From the NCBI RefSeq assembly GCF_009914755.1, contig NC_060926.1: 64,000 bases of DNA. One strand, given 5' to 3'. Positions within the stretch are counted from its first letter, which is position 1. Each line of letters begins with the position of its first letter. The translations under genes were made by a program, and so were the position numbers. Source of the DNA: the human T2T-CHM13v2.0 reference genome, Homo sapiens. Shown here in pieces: positions 27,831-40,479 of this stretch. Below the pieces are notes generated by a model, which was not told the DNA's origin, did not search any database, and saw nothing but the letters and a program-made list of their open reading frames with translations.

Positions 27831-28668
27831 GGAGACAGGAGACCCACCACAGCCATCCAGATATGAGAAGCAGAGAGCTGCGATGAGGGCAGGCCAGTGG
27901 GATGGAGCGGAGAGGAGCGCGGTGGTCATTTGTGTTGATGGAACTCAACAGTGTTGTCCGTGGGTCTAGCAACTCCTTGGCTCTCTCCACTACTTCCATT
28001 GGCTGTTGCTAAGGACCCCAGCCTCTAGGGATGAGACCTGGGGGCAGAAAACCATAATGTCATGCGACAGACTGTAAGATCATCGTGCCTTATTCACGTC
28101 TTCACGACAGCATTTGTCATTTAGGATTCCAACATCTCTTCAAGCTTCTGTCTTTCCCACTGGGCTGGAAACTTGAGGGCAAGGACTGAAGCTTATGAGC
28201 AGGGTGGTACAGAGTAGGGTCCTGAAAGAGCTCATTAAATGCACCTGAACTTGGAAGAGACTCAGTCCCTGCCATCGAAGACCTCACAGTTCATTTCAGG
28301 TGGCACCTATGGACACACAAGACTTTTTCAAGGTGGGCTTGATAATGACAGATGACACCATCACTGGGCCACAGTAAGAATTAAAAGGGTTTGGACTGTG
28401 CTCTTGAGCACAGAGGAGGGGTCATTGGTTCTGATTTGGTGGCCTGTAGAGAGCTCCCCCGGTATTGCACAAACATGCCTCTGTTTCAGCGTTGTACATT
28501 TACTGTCAGGGAGCAGGGTACTCACAGCACACTGACTCCTCTAACAAACTACCCCTGGGTCTCAGGGGCTTCACTGATAAGATCTATTTCTTGCTTCTAT
28601 CACAGTGCAGTGCAGCTTGGCAGAGAACCACACAGTTATTCAGAGACCCACGGTCCTTCTATTTAGAG

Positions 28669-29248
28669 TAGAGGCTCTCAGCCATGGCATGGTGACACTT
28701 GGGAACCAGGTAATTCTTTGTTGTGGGGGCTGTCCTGTGCTCTAGGTTGTCTAGAGCAGGGGTTCTCAACCCCCAGGCCGCAGGCTGGTACCGATTTGGG
28801 GCCTGTTAGGAACCAGGCCACACAGCAGCAGGTGAGTGGTGGGTGAGCATTACCGCCTGAGCTCTGCCTCCTCTCAGATCAGTGGCGGCATTAGATTCTC
28901 CTAGGACCGATAACCCTATTGTGAACTGTGCATGTGAGGGATGTAGACTGTGTGATAATTATGAGAATCTAATGAATGTCCGATGATCTGAGGTGGAACA
29001 GTTTCATCCAGAAACCATCCCCCTACCACCATCCCCACCCCGACCCACCCCTAGTCGGTGGAAAAATTGCCTTCCACAAAACTGGTCCCTGGTGCTGAAA
29101 AGGTTGGGACTGCTGATCTAGAGCATCCTGGCCTCTACACACTAGATGCCAGTAACACACACACCCCTTAGTTGTGACACCGAAAAACGTCTCCAGACAT
29201 CGCCAACGTTCCCTGGGTGGCAAGATGGTCCCCAGTCGGAGGCCACTG
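28669..29248 (-). mobile_element. MER20 (hAT-Charlie), split by MER1B
   Basis: ATAATTCTTTGTTGTGGGGGCTGTCCTGTGC-like segment and CACTAGATGCCAGTA...GTCTCCAGACAT; TSD ATTTAGAG/GTCTAGAG. Confidence 0.9.
28757..29115 (+). mobile_element. MER1B (hAT-Charlie), full length
   Basis: CAGGGGTTCTCAACCCC...GGCCTGTTAGGAACCAGGCCACACAGCAG...AAGGTTGGGACTGCTG; 8-bp TSD GTCTAGAG/ATCTAGAG. Confidence 0.93.
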
Positions 29249-29719
29249 GTCTAGAGGCTCTGCCCTCCTCTAGGGCCTTGGAGTGCTCCACGGGGTCCTC
29301 CACCTCCACCAGGCGAGGCAGGGGAGCTGAGGGAAGAGAAAGAGCATTGGGCCACACAGGAGGCTTCATGGGCCGGGGCTGCTGGTGACATACATCCTGT
29401 TTCCTCATGTTCTACGGGACAGGCTCAGTCCCATGACTATAGCTGGGAGAGAACTTACGTCCTGTAAGGGAGGCTGGGAAAGAGAGTGTAACCGTGTGCC
29501 TGGCAGGAGAGGGAAGTGGCTTAGGGAAGAATTTGCCAACCTCTCCCACGGGTAGAGTTCATGTATTTTCTTTTCATTTCTGAAGATAAGAGAATGCTAC
29601 CCCCCCCCATTTTTTTTTTCCGTGTCAGCTGTGAGGGCTCAGTCTGGCTCCCCAGTCCATAAACCCAACCTCACAGAAGGTCTTTGAGCTCACCTGGAAA
29701 ACCATGGGAACACACTCCT

Positions 29720-30170
29720 CCCACACGTCACCGTCCTCTCCAGCCATGGTGAACAGTGCGAACCTAATGAGGCCTAGAAGCCTTTCCACTCCCTCCAGCC
29801 ACGAGGCCGACTTAGCATCTCCTGCCTTCCCATGGCAGGACTAGGGGTGGCTGTCGGACCAGACGTATCAGTCCTGCCCTTGGGAGAGTGTTTCCGACCG
29901 CAAGTATGAACCCTCCTCACTAACAGCTATGCTGAAGCACAGCGGGGAGCCAGTGCAGCACAAGCTCAGCACGACCGCGGTTGTAAGAACCCACGTGGAA
30001 GCCAAGAAGCCGCGATGGGATTCCAGCAGGGGGAGCGGCGCTGATGTGGTGGGCGAGCCTGGTGCGCTTGGGAAACATCGGGCAGGCGGTTTTCTAACTG
30101 AACAGAAAGGACCCTTAGAGAACTGTGGAATATCAGGCTGTAGAGGTAACCTGGGGATCGGAACGCCAGG
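29720..30170. promoter_or_regulatory. Weak CpG cluster with CTCF-like motif and E-box
   Basis: 24 CpGs counted in 29701-30180; CACGTG at 29992-29997; CCAGCAGGGGGAGC at 30023-30036. Confidence 0.5.
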
Positions 30171-30379
30171 ATAACACAAATCCTTTATTTTGCATTTTCC
30201 AATGGAGAGCGAGTGCTTTGGCTTTGCGGATGGACTAAATTTACACTAGCCAAGAAGGATTTTTCTGGAAGCTTCTATAGGAAAATGGCCGTTTTGAGCT
30301 CCGACAGGAGTCCCTCTCTCCAACTGCGTGCAAACTCCTGGAACTCCTCCACCACAAATGTTTCATGTGGTGTAGCCGA

Positions 30380-31170
30380 GAATTAATTAGAAAAGAAAAA
30401 AAGAATCTCTCAAGTCAAAACACATATCTCACAACCTATTAGCATTAAGATTAGCATTAAAGAAAGTTGGAAACTATAACATTTTAAGCACAATTTATAA
30501 GTCTAATTTCCTGTGTGTCACTCTCAGATAATAAATGCTTTTCCTTCAAGTTGAAAAGTCTTGGTGGAAAGTAGGGGCTAGGAGGTCGGGGAAAAGAAAG
30601 AAAAAGTTAATTTAAGGCCTATTAGTTTATTTTTAGTCGCCCAAGATCTGAGGGTCTGAGAACATTTCCCTTTTCTGATAGAACACGCCTTCCTGTGTAG
30701 CAAGGAAGTCCCCTGACCTCGGGCCTCCTCTAAGGTGCTACTGATTTTTGACAGAATTCCTCAGGCAAGGGCTTTGAAAGAGGCTGAGCCAGGCCTGTGA
30801 GGGGAGGGTGATCTGGGGCCTGGAGGGACAAGGTTAATTGCTGAGAGCATTGAGAGTGGGGTTGCAAGGCAAGGGATACCGGCCGGGAGTCCTGCTTCCT
30901 GTATTGCTCTGGAAGAAGTTCGCCCACCGCTTCCATAATAAGACATTCCTGCTAATTTGCCGGGAGCTGAAAGGGATTTCTGTTTTTAGCTTTGGGTCTG
31001 TGGCAACTGTTTTGTTTTAGATGAAAATTAAATGGGGAAGGGAGCTGGGGTTGGGTGGGGGATGGGAGGCGGAGCCGTAATTGAAGTGCATTACTGCTAA
31101 TTACTTCGCCCTTTCTTTCAGTCATCATGTTGACAGAGAAATCTATTACCCAGCAGCTCCGTTTCCACAA
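30380..31170. promoter_or_regulatory. Candidate enhancer rich in homeodomain sites
   Basis: No recognisable repeat; clustered AATTAATTAG, 2x ATTAGCATTAA, TTAATTG, GCTAATTTG, GTAATTG, GCTAATTAC, TGACAG. Confidence 0.45.
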
Positions 31171-31539
31171 ATTGCCCTTCCCCGAGGACTTTGGGGAGGA
31201 GGCTAGATGGTGCTAGGGGAAATCGCTGCTTTGTTGGAGAAGTGGGCCTCCAGCCCTCCTCAGAACGCGGCTCCAGCTGTCTCCTAACCAGAGAGAGGGA
31301 AGCTAGTGGGTACCCCGCAGGAGGCGGTGGGAGTCACCTGGGAGTCCTGTCCCACCCAGGGTCCTCCCAGCGGCCTCCTCTTACAGATCACCTGGAATGC
31401 TGATGAGGTGGGTGGGGAGACAGCCTGGTCTCTGCCTCAAAACAAGAAAGAGAGTTGGAGGAAATGCTGCCTCAAGTAGCAGCCGTGTTGAAAGCTCTTG
31501 CGTATTTGGCCAATGAAATAAGGAGCGGGGCCCTGGGCC

Positions 31540-31710
31540 GTGCCTTCTGCCTCATTCTGCCTCTCCTGGGCCTTCCTCATCCCTCCGCCTCTCCTCTTCC
31601 TCCTCTCTGCGTGTGACATTCCCTCTCCTCTTCCCCGGTCTTCCTCTCTCCTTCACCTCCTGCCTCCTGCCCTCCTCTTTCCTCTTGCCCTCTTGCCCTC
31701 TTGCTCCTCG
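31540..31710. repeat. CT-rich low-complexity tract
   Basis: About 170 bp that is predominantly pyrimidine on the + strand. Confidence 0.85.
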
Positions 31711-33225
31711 TGGCTCAGCCCCACCGAGGGCCAGTGTTGAGGAGTTTGGGACAGTCATATCAGTGCCTACTGGGTTCCCCATCTCCTCCCTCCCCATCTG
31801 TCTTTCCAAGTCATCTCTTAAGACAGAGCTCTAGCATGTGCTAGGGGGTTAGACACCTATGGGCCAGTGAGAAGACGGAAATGATCGGGAGAAGAGCTCG
31901 CAGAGCCTGCCTGGCTGCAGCCCCTCCCTTGGCCTCTTCTCTCAGCCTATGCTCCCTCAAAACACATGCGTGGGGCCTCGGTGGCGAGGACGCATCAGAG
32001 ACAGAGCAAGACGCGAAGTCTGCCCCTAAGAGGCTCATCGTGGCAGGTGACGGGTTGGGGAGAATAAGATGCGTCTAGTTATACCTAGAGCCTAGGACTG
32101 AATATAACCAAGGCTAAGCTGCCTTGAGACCCGGTCTCTGCTCCACACACCAGTCCAGCATCCACAATAATTTACAAGCAATAGAATCTTGCCTTCCGTG
32201 TCTGAAGGGAGTCTGCATTCTTCATGCTTGGCAAAGCTTCTGGAAATCCCTTTTTAATAATATGATTCCAGTCTCTCCCCATCCCCTCACTCCCCCCAGT
32301 GACCAATTCTGCCTGTTCCAGTGTGAGCCCCACTCACCGCTTTGGCTTGTCCAGGGTCCCGTCACCCATTCTCTGCCCCCTCCCTCCACACAGGGCCCGG
32401 CAGAGGCGCCTCAGAAACTCAGGTCGGTCCTCAGCAGGGCATGTGGGAAGGGCCCGGTGTCGGGCATTGTTTCCCTGTCAGTCTATAGCTGCTGTGGGTC
32501 CAGCACCCCCACCACCCACCCCAGCTAGTCTTTGAGCCTGAGAGCACATTACAAGTTTCCAAGATAAGAATGTACTGGCCCCGAAGCTTGGCTGGGACTC
32601 TGCCCTTGATGGAGGGTGTGAGGGGGGAACAGAGAGCTCCCCGGGGCATGGGCCACTGTTCTCAAGGCCTTTGCCTTCAGTTCAGGGCCCTACATCTGGA
32701 ACAGAGCAGGAGGCCAGGGAAAAAATGTCTGCAGAAGAGATCAAACCGTGAATTGTTTTCCAAAGAGCTGGAGAAGGCTTAGGGTATGAACACATCATCA
32801 GATTCTGCCAAATAATGGTGGAGGGTACCTGGGAAGACAGGAGGTTATTCAAGGTCTCAGGACACCTCCCACTAGGGTACTGGACAGGTCTGTGGCCTTC
32901 CCTTCTTTCCTCACTCCTTTCTCCCATATGCCCTCAGAGGAGGAGCCTGGTGGGGGGGAAGGGGAAGTTTCAATGCATTTTCCTGGGAAATGACTTCTCC
33001 GGAGTCACATTTCTTTTAGGTCTATATGGTAGAGTCATGGACTGTCCAGCCGCCCTTGACTTAGTTGGCTGAGATCCACCCAGGAAGCAGGTCCCTGATC
33101 TCAGGCGTGGATTCTCTGGAGGGGCTGGATGGGCTGCCTGTGCCTCCTGCAGGCCCTCCTCCGCTGGAAGGAGGCAGGCCAGGAGATGCCTCGCATTCCT
33201 GTGGGGCAGTGGGCTGGAGAGGTAG

Positions 33226-33395
<170 letters not shown>

Positions 33396-34924
33396 TAGAG
33401 AGGTTTTAAGGCTTCCAGCCTTCCTTGGCATGGAGGTCTCCCTCCATAGGCCTGGGATGGGTAGTTGTGGTTTGGGCTGAATGCTCTTGATGATTATCAA
33501 GCTACTCCTGGGGTATCCCTGCAGATGAACATGAGACTGAATTTCTGGAAGGAGGAGAAGCTGTGATGAATGCAGAGAGGGTGCACTCGGGATAGACAGA
33601 TCACTTTGTCTCAAGTGCAAATTGTGATGAATTGGAGGCCACATGCACCGACAGTCACAGGTGGGAGGAAACAGAGAGGGCACCTGGTCCACCCCTCATA
33701 GGACTGATGGAAAATGTGGACCCAGAGAAGGAGAGATGTCTGTCCAGAGCCACACAGCAGGAGCCCCACCTTCACCCCCCCTTCCTCCCCGCCCCACACT
33801 CACTGCGCTCTTGTAATGAGGTTAATTCCACTACGAAAATCTCACAGGATGGAAAATCCCCCAACTGTCCCTGCTTGGGCTTAGTTTTTAGAAATTCAAG
33901 GACGTGTACACATTTCAGTTCTTTTTTTTTTTTTTCAAACTGAATGTTTAAAATTCAGGCATCTTTTGTTCCACTCGATTCTGGAAGAATAATTCTAGGG
34001 ACTTCAAGATCTCATTTAACAAGCGTTACAGCTTGATGAAATGCTGATTTTCATATTGTTCTCAAACTGCACAGTTGCAGAAGCCAATGCCAAATGCAAG
34101 CAGGATATTTTGAAGGAAAAAGCTTAAAATTGAAATCCACGTTGACAAATCCGAGATGAATGGCAGCGTGATGAGCACAGGGCTGCAGTTTCTCAGTCAG
34201 CCTGGAAAGGCAGTAGGGCGTGGCCAGAGACAACAGGCTGTGGACAAGGACCTGGCTCAGATTTAGGCTCTGCGACTGCTGGCTGAGCCACCACATGCAA
34301 ATTTGTTTGTAAATGATAAGGGAATCTGGACTGGCAGGGAGGATTTGGCTAGTTTTTGTGGCCTTTGAGGTGCAAATGACAAGAAACTTGAGAAAAGCAA
34401 AGTCTCTCTTAGGGTTGAGATTTCTCTGCTGCCTACAGTTTAGCTGCAGTGTTGAAAGAATAGGGAGGTTGAAAGGCATCATGTTGGATGGAAAAGAGAA
34501 TTGGAGTCTGCAGATGGGGATCCATTAACCAGCAGACTTCTCATGTGGACACTGAGCTGACAGATCAGAACTTACGTACTGCGTTGAGGACAACTCCAAG
34601 TGGCACTGAGAGTAGAGCCTGGCACTGAATAAATATGAATACATTTCAAATGAGGAATTAGCAATGGCCATGCTGGACACTGTTTTGAGAAGAATTGGTG
34701 GGTTCCTGGATCAGCAGGAACATTTGCATTGATTACCCAGCCATGGACTTGTTGGGGTGGAGCAAAGGCTTCATATATGCACCATAGTTACTGACCCTGG
34801 ACTAAATGAGTTCTGAGCTCCTGTGGATGGCTGTTGGCATCAGGTTCTGTGTCCACACAACGTCAGAATCACTCCCTGGAGAAGGGTCAAGCTCTAACCA
34901 TCTGGACAGCTGGATGCCGGGTGT

Positions 34925-35040
34925 GGGGCTGCTGTGTATGGCCATGCAAGCTGTGCCCTGCACAACTCCAGGTCTGCTCTTCACATGGTCTATTGGAAGC
35001 ATGGCGCCCTGGAGCTGGGCAGCACAATGGCGCTGGCTGA
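34925..35040. mobile_element. MER91-like palindromic hAT-Tip100 MITE
   Basis: GTGCCCTGCACAACTCCAGG...TTCACATGGTCTA...ATGGCGCCCTGGAGCTG. Confidence 0.7.
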
Positions 35041-35879
35041 GAGGTAGCAAACTGCAACTGAAAAAGCACTGTCCCAGAACCTAGGAGACCTGGTTCATAG
35101 TTTTCTGTCTGAATTTGCCGCCAATTCCCTTTGGGGCCACACTCAAGGCCTTCCCCATCTTTGTCTCCAGCATCCCCATCTGCATTTGCAACCACTGGTT
35201 CCCAAGTGCTCCCCCGGGGCCCTGCAACCAGCATTCCAAGCACTTGGGTGTTTTGCAACTTCTGTTTGCTTTGCCATAGAGCCAGACTTCTAACCTGGGC
35301 AACTAGACTTGTTTCTTGGGCAACTGTAAAGCCAGGCCGACTCCTCAGACCATGAGGGGCAGTGGGGGTGGGGATGGGGGTGGGCTTTCGCCACAGCTCA
35401 GTGCTCTTGCCAGCTCCCAGGCTCTGGGGCTCCCAGGAGGACTCCCTTGCAGAGGCCAGGCCCTGCTCTGCAGAGCAGGTGAAGCACTCCTGTGGACATC
35501 ACCTTTGGGTACCATGCAGGGCAAGACCCAGCCTTCCTCTCTTGTCTCAAGGAATGAGCCTCACCCCACCCTTTGCTCCTCATGCACCAGCTCTGCTGAC
35601 CTCACAGCAGGTCTCCATACTGGCCCTGCGGTTTCCTCCCTCTGAGCCTTTGTACAAACCAGTCCTTCTGCCTGGAATGTCCTCCCACTTCCTCTAGTCT
35701 ATCCTCAAAGTCCCATCTGAGTGGAGCCATCTCAGCGAACTCCCTCCCTTCCAGAGAGAAGCAGTCACCTCTCCTTTGTGTGGTGCCGCTTCTATTTCCA
35801 GGTTCTCCTACAGAGCACTTAATGCTCTGCTTTTCCAATGCCTGGGAGCTCTTCCTAGGAAGGGAAGGTATCTGCACAG

Positions 35880-36070
35880 AATAATAATAGGCCATTTCTG
35901 TAAGCACTGACCATGTGCTAAGCATTTCACATGTATAATTTCAAGAAGTGGGTATTGAACTTGACTCATTTCATAGAGGAGGAAACTGAGGCCAGAGATC
36001 ACTCAGCAAGTGCATGGCAGCTCAGAGTTCAGCTCCCCATCTCCAGAACCTGGAGATCTGCCCGCTGCTT
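35880..36070 (-). mobile_element. MIR
   Basis: AATAATAGGCCATTTCTGTAAGCACTG...GAGGAAACTGAGGCCAGAG. Confidence 0.8.
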
Positions 36071-37599
36071 CTCCTGAAGTGAGCCATCTCCTCTGCAGCC
36101 GGCCTTTCATTCCCTGCCCCAGTCCTGGGTACAGTCGGACTGTCTTGGAGGAGCAGCTCTCTGAGCACCCCAGACAGAAAGCCTTGGCAGCTCAACATCA
36201 AACCGGGGGGGGTGGGGTGTGGATTCATCCTGTGCGGTGGAGTGGGGCAGACGTAAACATTGCTGAGTGAGACATGCAGTTTTCCAAGGGAACTGTTATC
36301 TGTGCAGGCCCGTTTGTGGGGCATTGAAATGAATTCCTTCCAGGAGGATTATCTTTCCTGCTTTATTATATTATATTTTATTTTTTTAGTGTGTTGCAAG
36401 TGTTAAAACTAGTTTTCAAGACCTGTTAATGAATCCAGAGTGATTATGTTGATATCCCCATCAATTATGCAGAAAATCAGGTAAAATGACTATTTAGTTT
36501 ATGTAATAGATGTGTGGGCTTCTTGTCCACTCTCTGAAAGAACATTCCTGAAAGGGTCATTTTTTATTTCTGGAGATGCCTTTTTTCCTAATTGCTTGAA
36601 GGTTTGAAAATTGCTCCCTTTCCCCCATTTTCCTTCTGTGCAAATGTGTTTCCTCATGTCACATTTCCCTGACACCTCCGGTCCCCTGGAGAAGCAGAGC
36701 CCCTCCTCCAGCCTCCCACGTGCCTTCTGTCTCACCAGGAAAACCTCCGAGATTCAAAACCAAGTTGGAAGAAACACAAACCCTTTGGTTTTTCTCTTTT
36801 GTAAATAGATTTGACACAATGAAGTGGGAAGAGGCCAATCCTGAGTAGAAGGAGAGCTGGTTCCCGTTCCCAGCACTGCCGTGAGTTTGCTGAGTGACTT
36901 GGGCACGTCCCTCCTTCCTTCTGTTTCCTCAGCTCTACAATGACAAAGACAAACTGAGGGTCTACTAGGTAGGACGAGGGCCTGTGGCTGGAAGGTCCAG
37001 GAGCCAGATTTTACTTGACTGGGAGGAAATCTTTCTCTGAGAGCTTACCAGCCTGTCCAGTCGCTGTGAGATGACCTGATCGGAGAGTGGGCAGCCATCC
37101 TGAAAAATGCTGTACTCAGGGATTCAGATATGGGTGAGATTGGGCCAGGTGACCTTCAAGTCTCATTTAGCCTCAGAATCTCTGGTTCCTGGGCTCGACA
37201 TGGTCAGCGGTTTCTTCCATCTTTAAAGGCCAGCAGGACACTCTGTTCGTTGCTCTTTGACCTTTTAAGCACCTGCTCACACAGTGGGAGGCTCGCCACC
37301 TATGGGGAAATGTACCTCTCAGTTCTTCTACCCAAGCCCCCCTGTGCAAATGTTACAGGTCTGAACTGGACACATCTTTCTTAGCACATTGTCTTTCAGA
37401 CTCCATCTGAATGCATTGGAAAGATTGAAAGTAGAGATAGCGTTGTTTCCTAGACATGACTATCTTCATCATGCTAAATTACCTAACTGCAAAGGGGGCA
37501 AGACAGCCAAGCAGAGATTTTCCCAACAGGTGCCCCTTATTGTCTTCTATGAATATTGTGTATTTCCACCCTAACGAAGACTATCACTAGCTTTTTCTG

Positions 37600-37868
37600 G
37601 ATGGGACATACTGAGCACATGAGCTCTAATTTCAACCAGCTCCTGAGCTGACTTAACCAGTCCGCTCTTGAATGCTGGCCATTCTGTCCCCTGCTGGGGA
37701 CACTTTCCCTGACTCTCCAGCAGTGACTACCCCCACAGTCTGCCCCCTGCCAACTGATACATGTGCACTGGCCTCTGACATGAGTGAGAAATTAACTTCT
37801 ACTGTGGGAAACCTCTGACATATTGCGGATTACTTGTTACAGCCGCTAGTACTAGCCTAGCTGATTTG
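37600..37868 (+). mobile_element. MLT1 LTR 3' part
   Basis: ACATGAGTGAGAAATTAACTTCTACTGTG...TTGTTACAGCCGCTAG. Confidence 0.65.
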
Positions 37869-39354
37869 CTCTTTCAACCTCTTACCACTCCGTCATATCA
37901 CTGCTTATATGCCTTTCTGTCTCACTAGACCGGGAGCTCTTGGAGAGGAGGACTATGCCTGATTTGTCTCTGTAACCTATGATCATGCCTGCCACATAAC
38001 TAGGGCTCTGTGTTGGCAGAGTGACCAAATGTTGAAAGATGCTGGCTATTTAAAATTGTAACCAGAAAGAGAAGCTGAACCTGTAGGTTGACATTTTCCC
38101 CCTTGAAGATAATTTCAAGGGAGCTGGAAATCCTAGAAGGCTTCCCAGAAGAGGTAACTGGAAATAAAAACAATTTTTAAAATTGAGTTAAATAGCAACG
38201 GTGAACTCCCCAAAACAGGAACCATCATGGCATCATGGACACGGGGGGAGTTGAAACTGATGGCATGGGCGTATTGGTGTGCGTGTGTGGGAAGTGGGAT
38301 AGGATCTTTGGGAGTGAAACAAGAGGCACTAAAAATGTTATATGAAAGGAAAAGGAAGCACTTTTGAAGAGCTTTGACCTTCACTGAGCACTCTCCGTGC
38401 ACCAGAGGCTTGCACATTCATTTTTCATTCTTTCTCCTCCACAGATTCAGCTCAAGGCTATTTGATAAGTGAGCCTTAGAGACTGAAGTACTTGCCCAAG
38501 GCCATGCAGCAGGGAGGCCAGGTTTGTTCCAACCCCAAACCCCATGCCCTTTTCTCCATCACAGCAACAGTGACTGGGCTGCCCTACAACAGGGAGAGGG
38601 GAGTCACCCCAACCATCCCTTCCTGGCAGCCATGTGTTTCTAGGAGGCAGGAAGATTGATGTGGTCACAGGACCACTAGCCATGGAGTCAGGACACTTGG
38701 GCCTAGCTGTATGGCTGCCTCTGATTGGCCATGTCTTCAAAATGGTCCCTTCTCTTCTCTGAGACTCAACTCGCCCCTCGAAAAAATGACAAATTTGGGT
38801 CAGGTCATCTTTACAGGCTTCTGACAATACTGGTACAGGATTCCTATCTCCAGGGAGAGCCACCCTCTTCTAGGTGAAGGGAAGACACCTTCGCACATTC
38901 TCTGCCAGGGAGGGGTGGGCCAGGCAAAACGTGTTGTGGGTGCAGTCAGAGAAGCGGAGTGGGGAGACGGCGCCACCCGCAGCCACCTTTCACCCTGGGA
39001 GCTAGAAACCCCTTTAGAGGAGACAGCAAGACGCAAGGAAAGTGGCGAAAGCTTGAGGCCAGCCCCACCTGCTGTGCCTGCCCAAGCACCCAGCCTCAGA
39101 GCTTCAGGTGCCTCATTGAAAAGTTGAGTAACTCTACTTCCAGGAGATCTTTTTGTAGAATAAGATAAATACATGAACATCTCTCGTCATAGAACCAAGC
39201 ACACATCATGAATGGTTTTACTGAAAAGGTTCTTCCTCCACATTCTTGGTATTTGGGATAAATATAAATGTATTCCCCTCTTCACCCCACCCCACCCTTC
39301 ATCGTTGCTACTCTTGATGGAAGATGGAGGTTAGAGTGGATGCTTTTTGGGAAT

Positions 39355-39720
39355 TTAGTTATTCATTGATTTGTTCATTCAATAAAGACGTATTGGGCAC
39401 CTACTACATACAGCTGAGTCCTGTGCTAGATACCAGGCATACAGTGTGGACAAGTCAGCCTTCATGGAGCTGATGATACAGTGGGGGTATACAGGCAGTC
39501 AGCAAGTGATTAAATAAACGAGATTCTCTCAGACATGATGAAGGAGGTAAACCAGAGAGAAACTGAGTGAGTAGTGAGATTTAAGGGCTTCCTTTAGACA
39601 GACAGACGTCCAGGAAAGCCCTCTCTGGAAAGGGATATTTGAGCGAAGATATGACTGATGAGATGGAGCCAGCCATACAAAGAGCTGGGAGACGGGAGCC
39701 CCAGGAGGAGGGGGCTTTAC
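39355..39720 (-). mobile_element. L2 fragment
   Basis: TTCATTCAATAAAGACGTATTGGGCACCTACTA...CTGTGCTAGATACCAGGCATACAG. Confidence 0.8.
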
Positions 39721-40479
39721 GAGAAGACCCCCAAGACCCCAGAGAGGCCCAGTGCTGCCTGGCACCCAAGGTCATTGAGTCGTGGGACATTTATGATGAG
39801 ATCCCCAAAGAACAGGCCAAGACCAAGCAAACTCTGGTCCACAGGAAATCAAAAGCTCTGATTCCGGCGTCTGTCCTCATCATTTCTGATGTTTGACAAC
39901 TACTTCCTTTCAGTCCTGGGCCCAACCTCCAAGTGCAGAAACCCCGCAGCACGCCAATGAAATTGATTTAGTGTTTGCCGCGCATTCTCTTCTCCAGCCC
40001 AGGCAGGAGAGATTTACGGCTCCTGGAAGTGCCAGCCCTCCCTGCTTCCTGTAAATCTCCCACCACATTTAGGGCGGCTGGAGCTATTTGGGTAACCTTT
40101 ATCTGAACCAGAACTTCCTCGCCAGGAACTTCAGAGGGTACCTCCAGGAAGGACGGGAGAACCCCAGGGGCTGCCTTGTTTTGGGGAGGATTCCAGGCCT
40201 GCTGGGGACAGCTGCTCGGCAGGCATCGGGCAGAGAACAGAGTCCTTCTTTGATGCTGTGGCTGCCTTTGTGGGGATGGCGCAAACCCCCAAAGGAGCAT
40301 TTAGTGTTTATGGAGGGCGTGTGGATAGGCAGCACGCTATTAAGCCTGATATCGGGCCCCTGGAAATAAGCAGGATGGAGAGGATCGTCCGAGGCCAGAT
40401 GCTCACGGTGAAGTTGAATTCATGCGTGGTGGAAGACAGATCATCGCTTTTGAGTCAGACAGGTCTTGCAGATGTTATA

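Larger units (their letters stand above)
28500..29550 (-). mobile_element. MLT1 (K-like) LTR, host of the MER20/MER1B nest
   Basis: TAACAAACTACCCC...TATTCAGAGACCCA, resuming GCTCTGCCCTCCTCTAGGGCCTT...TAAGGGAGGCTGGGAAA. Confidence 0.65.

Noticed and set aside
28172-28280. Tail-to-tail L2 stem (similar case at 1170-1279) as a miRNA precursor
   Set aside because: Short imperfect stem with a loop of about 70 nt; topology unlike L2-derived miR-28/151 hairpins.
34925-35040. Palindromic structure
   Set aside because: Intrinsic to the MER91-like MITE.
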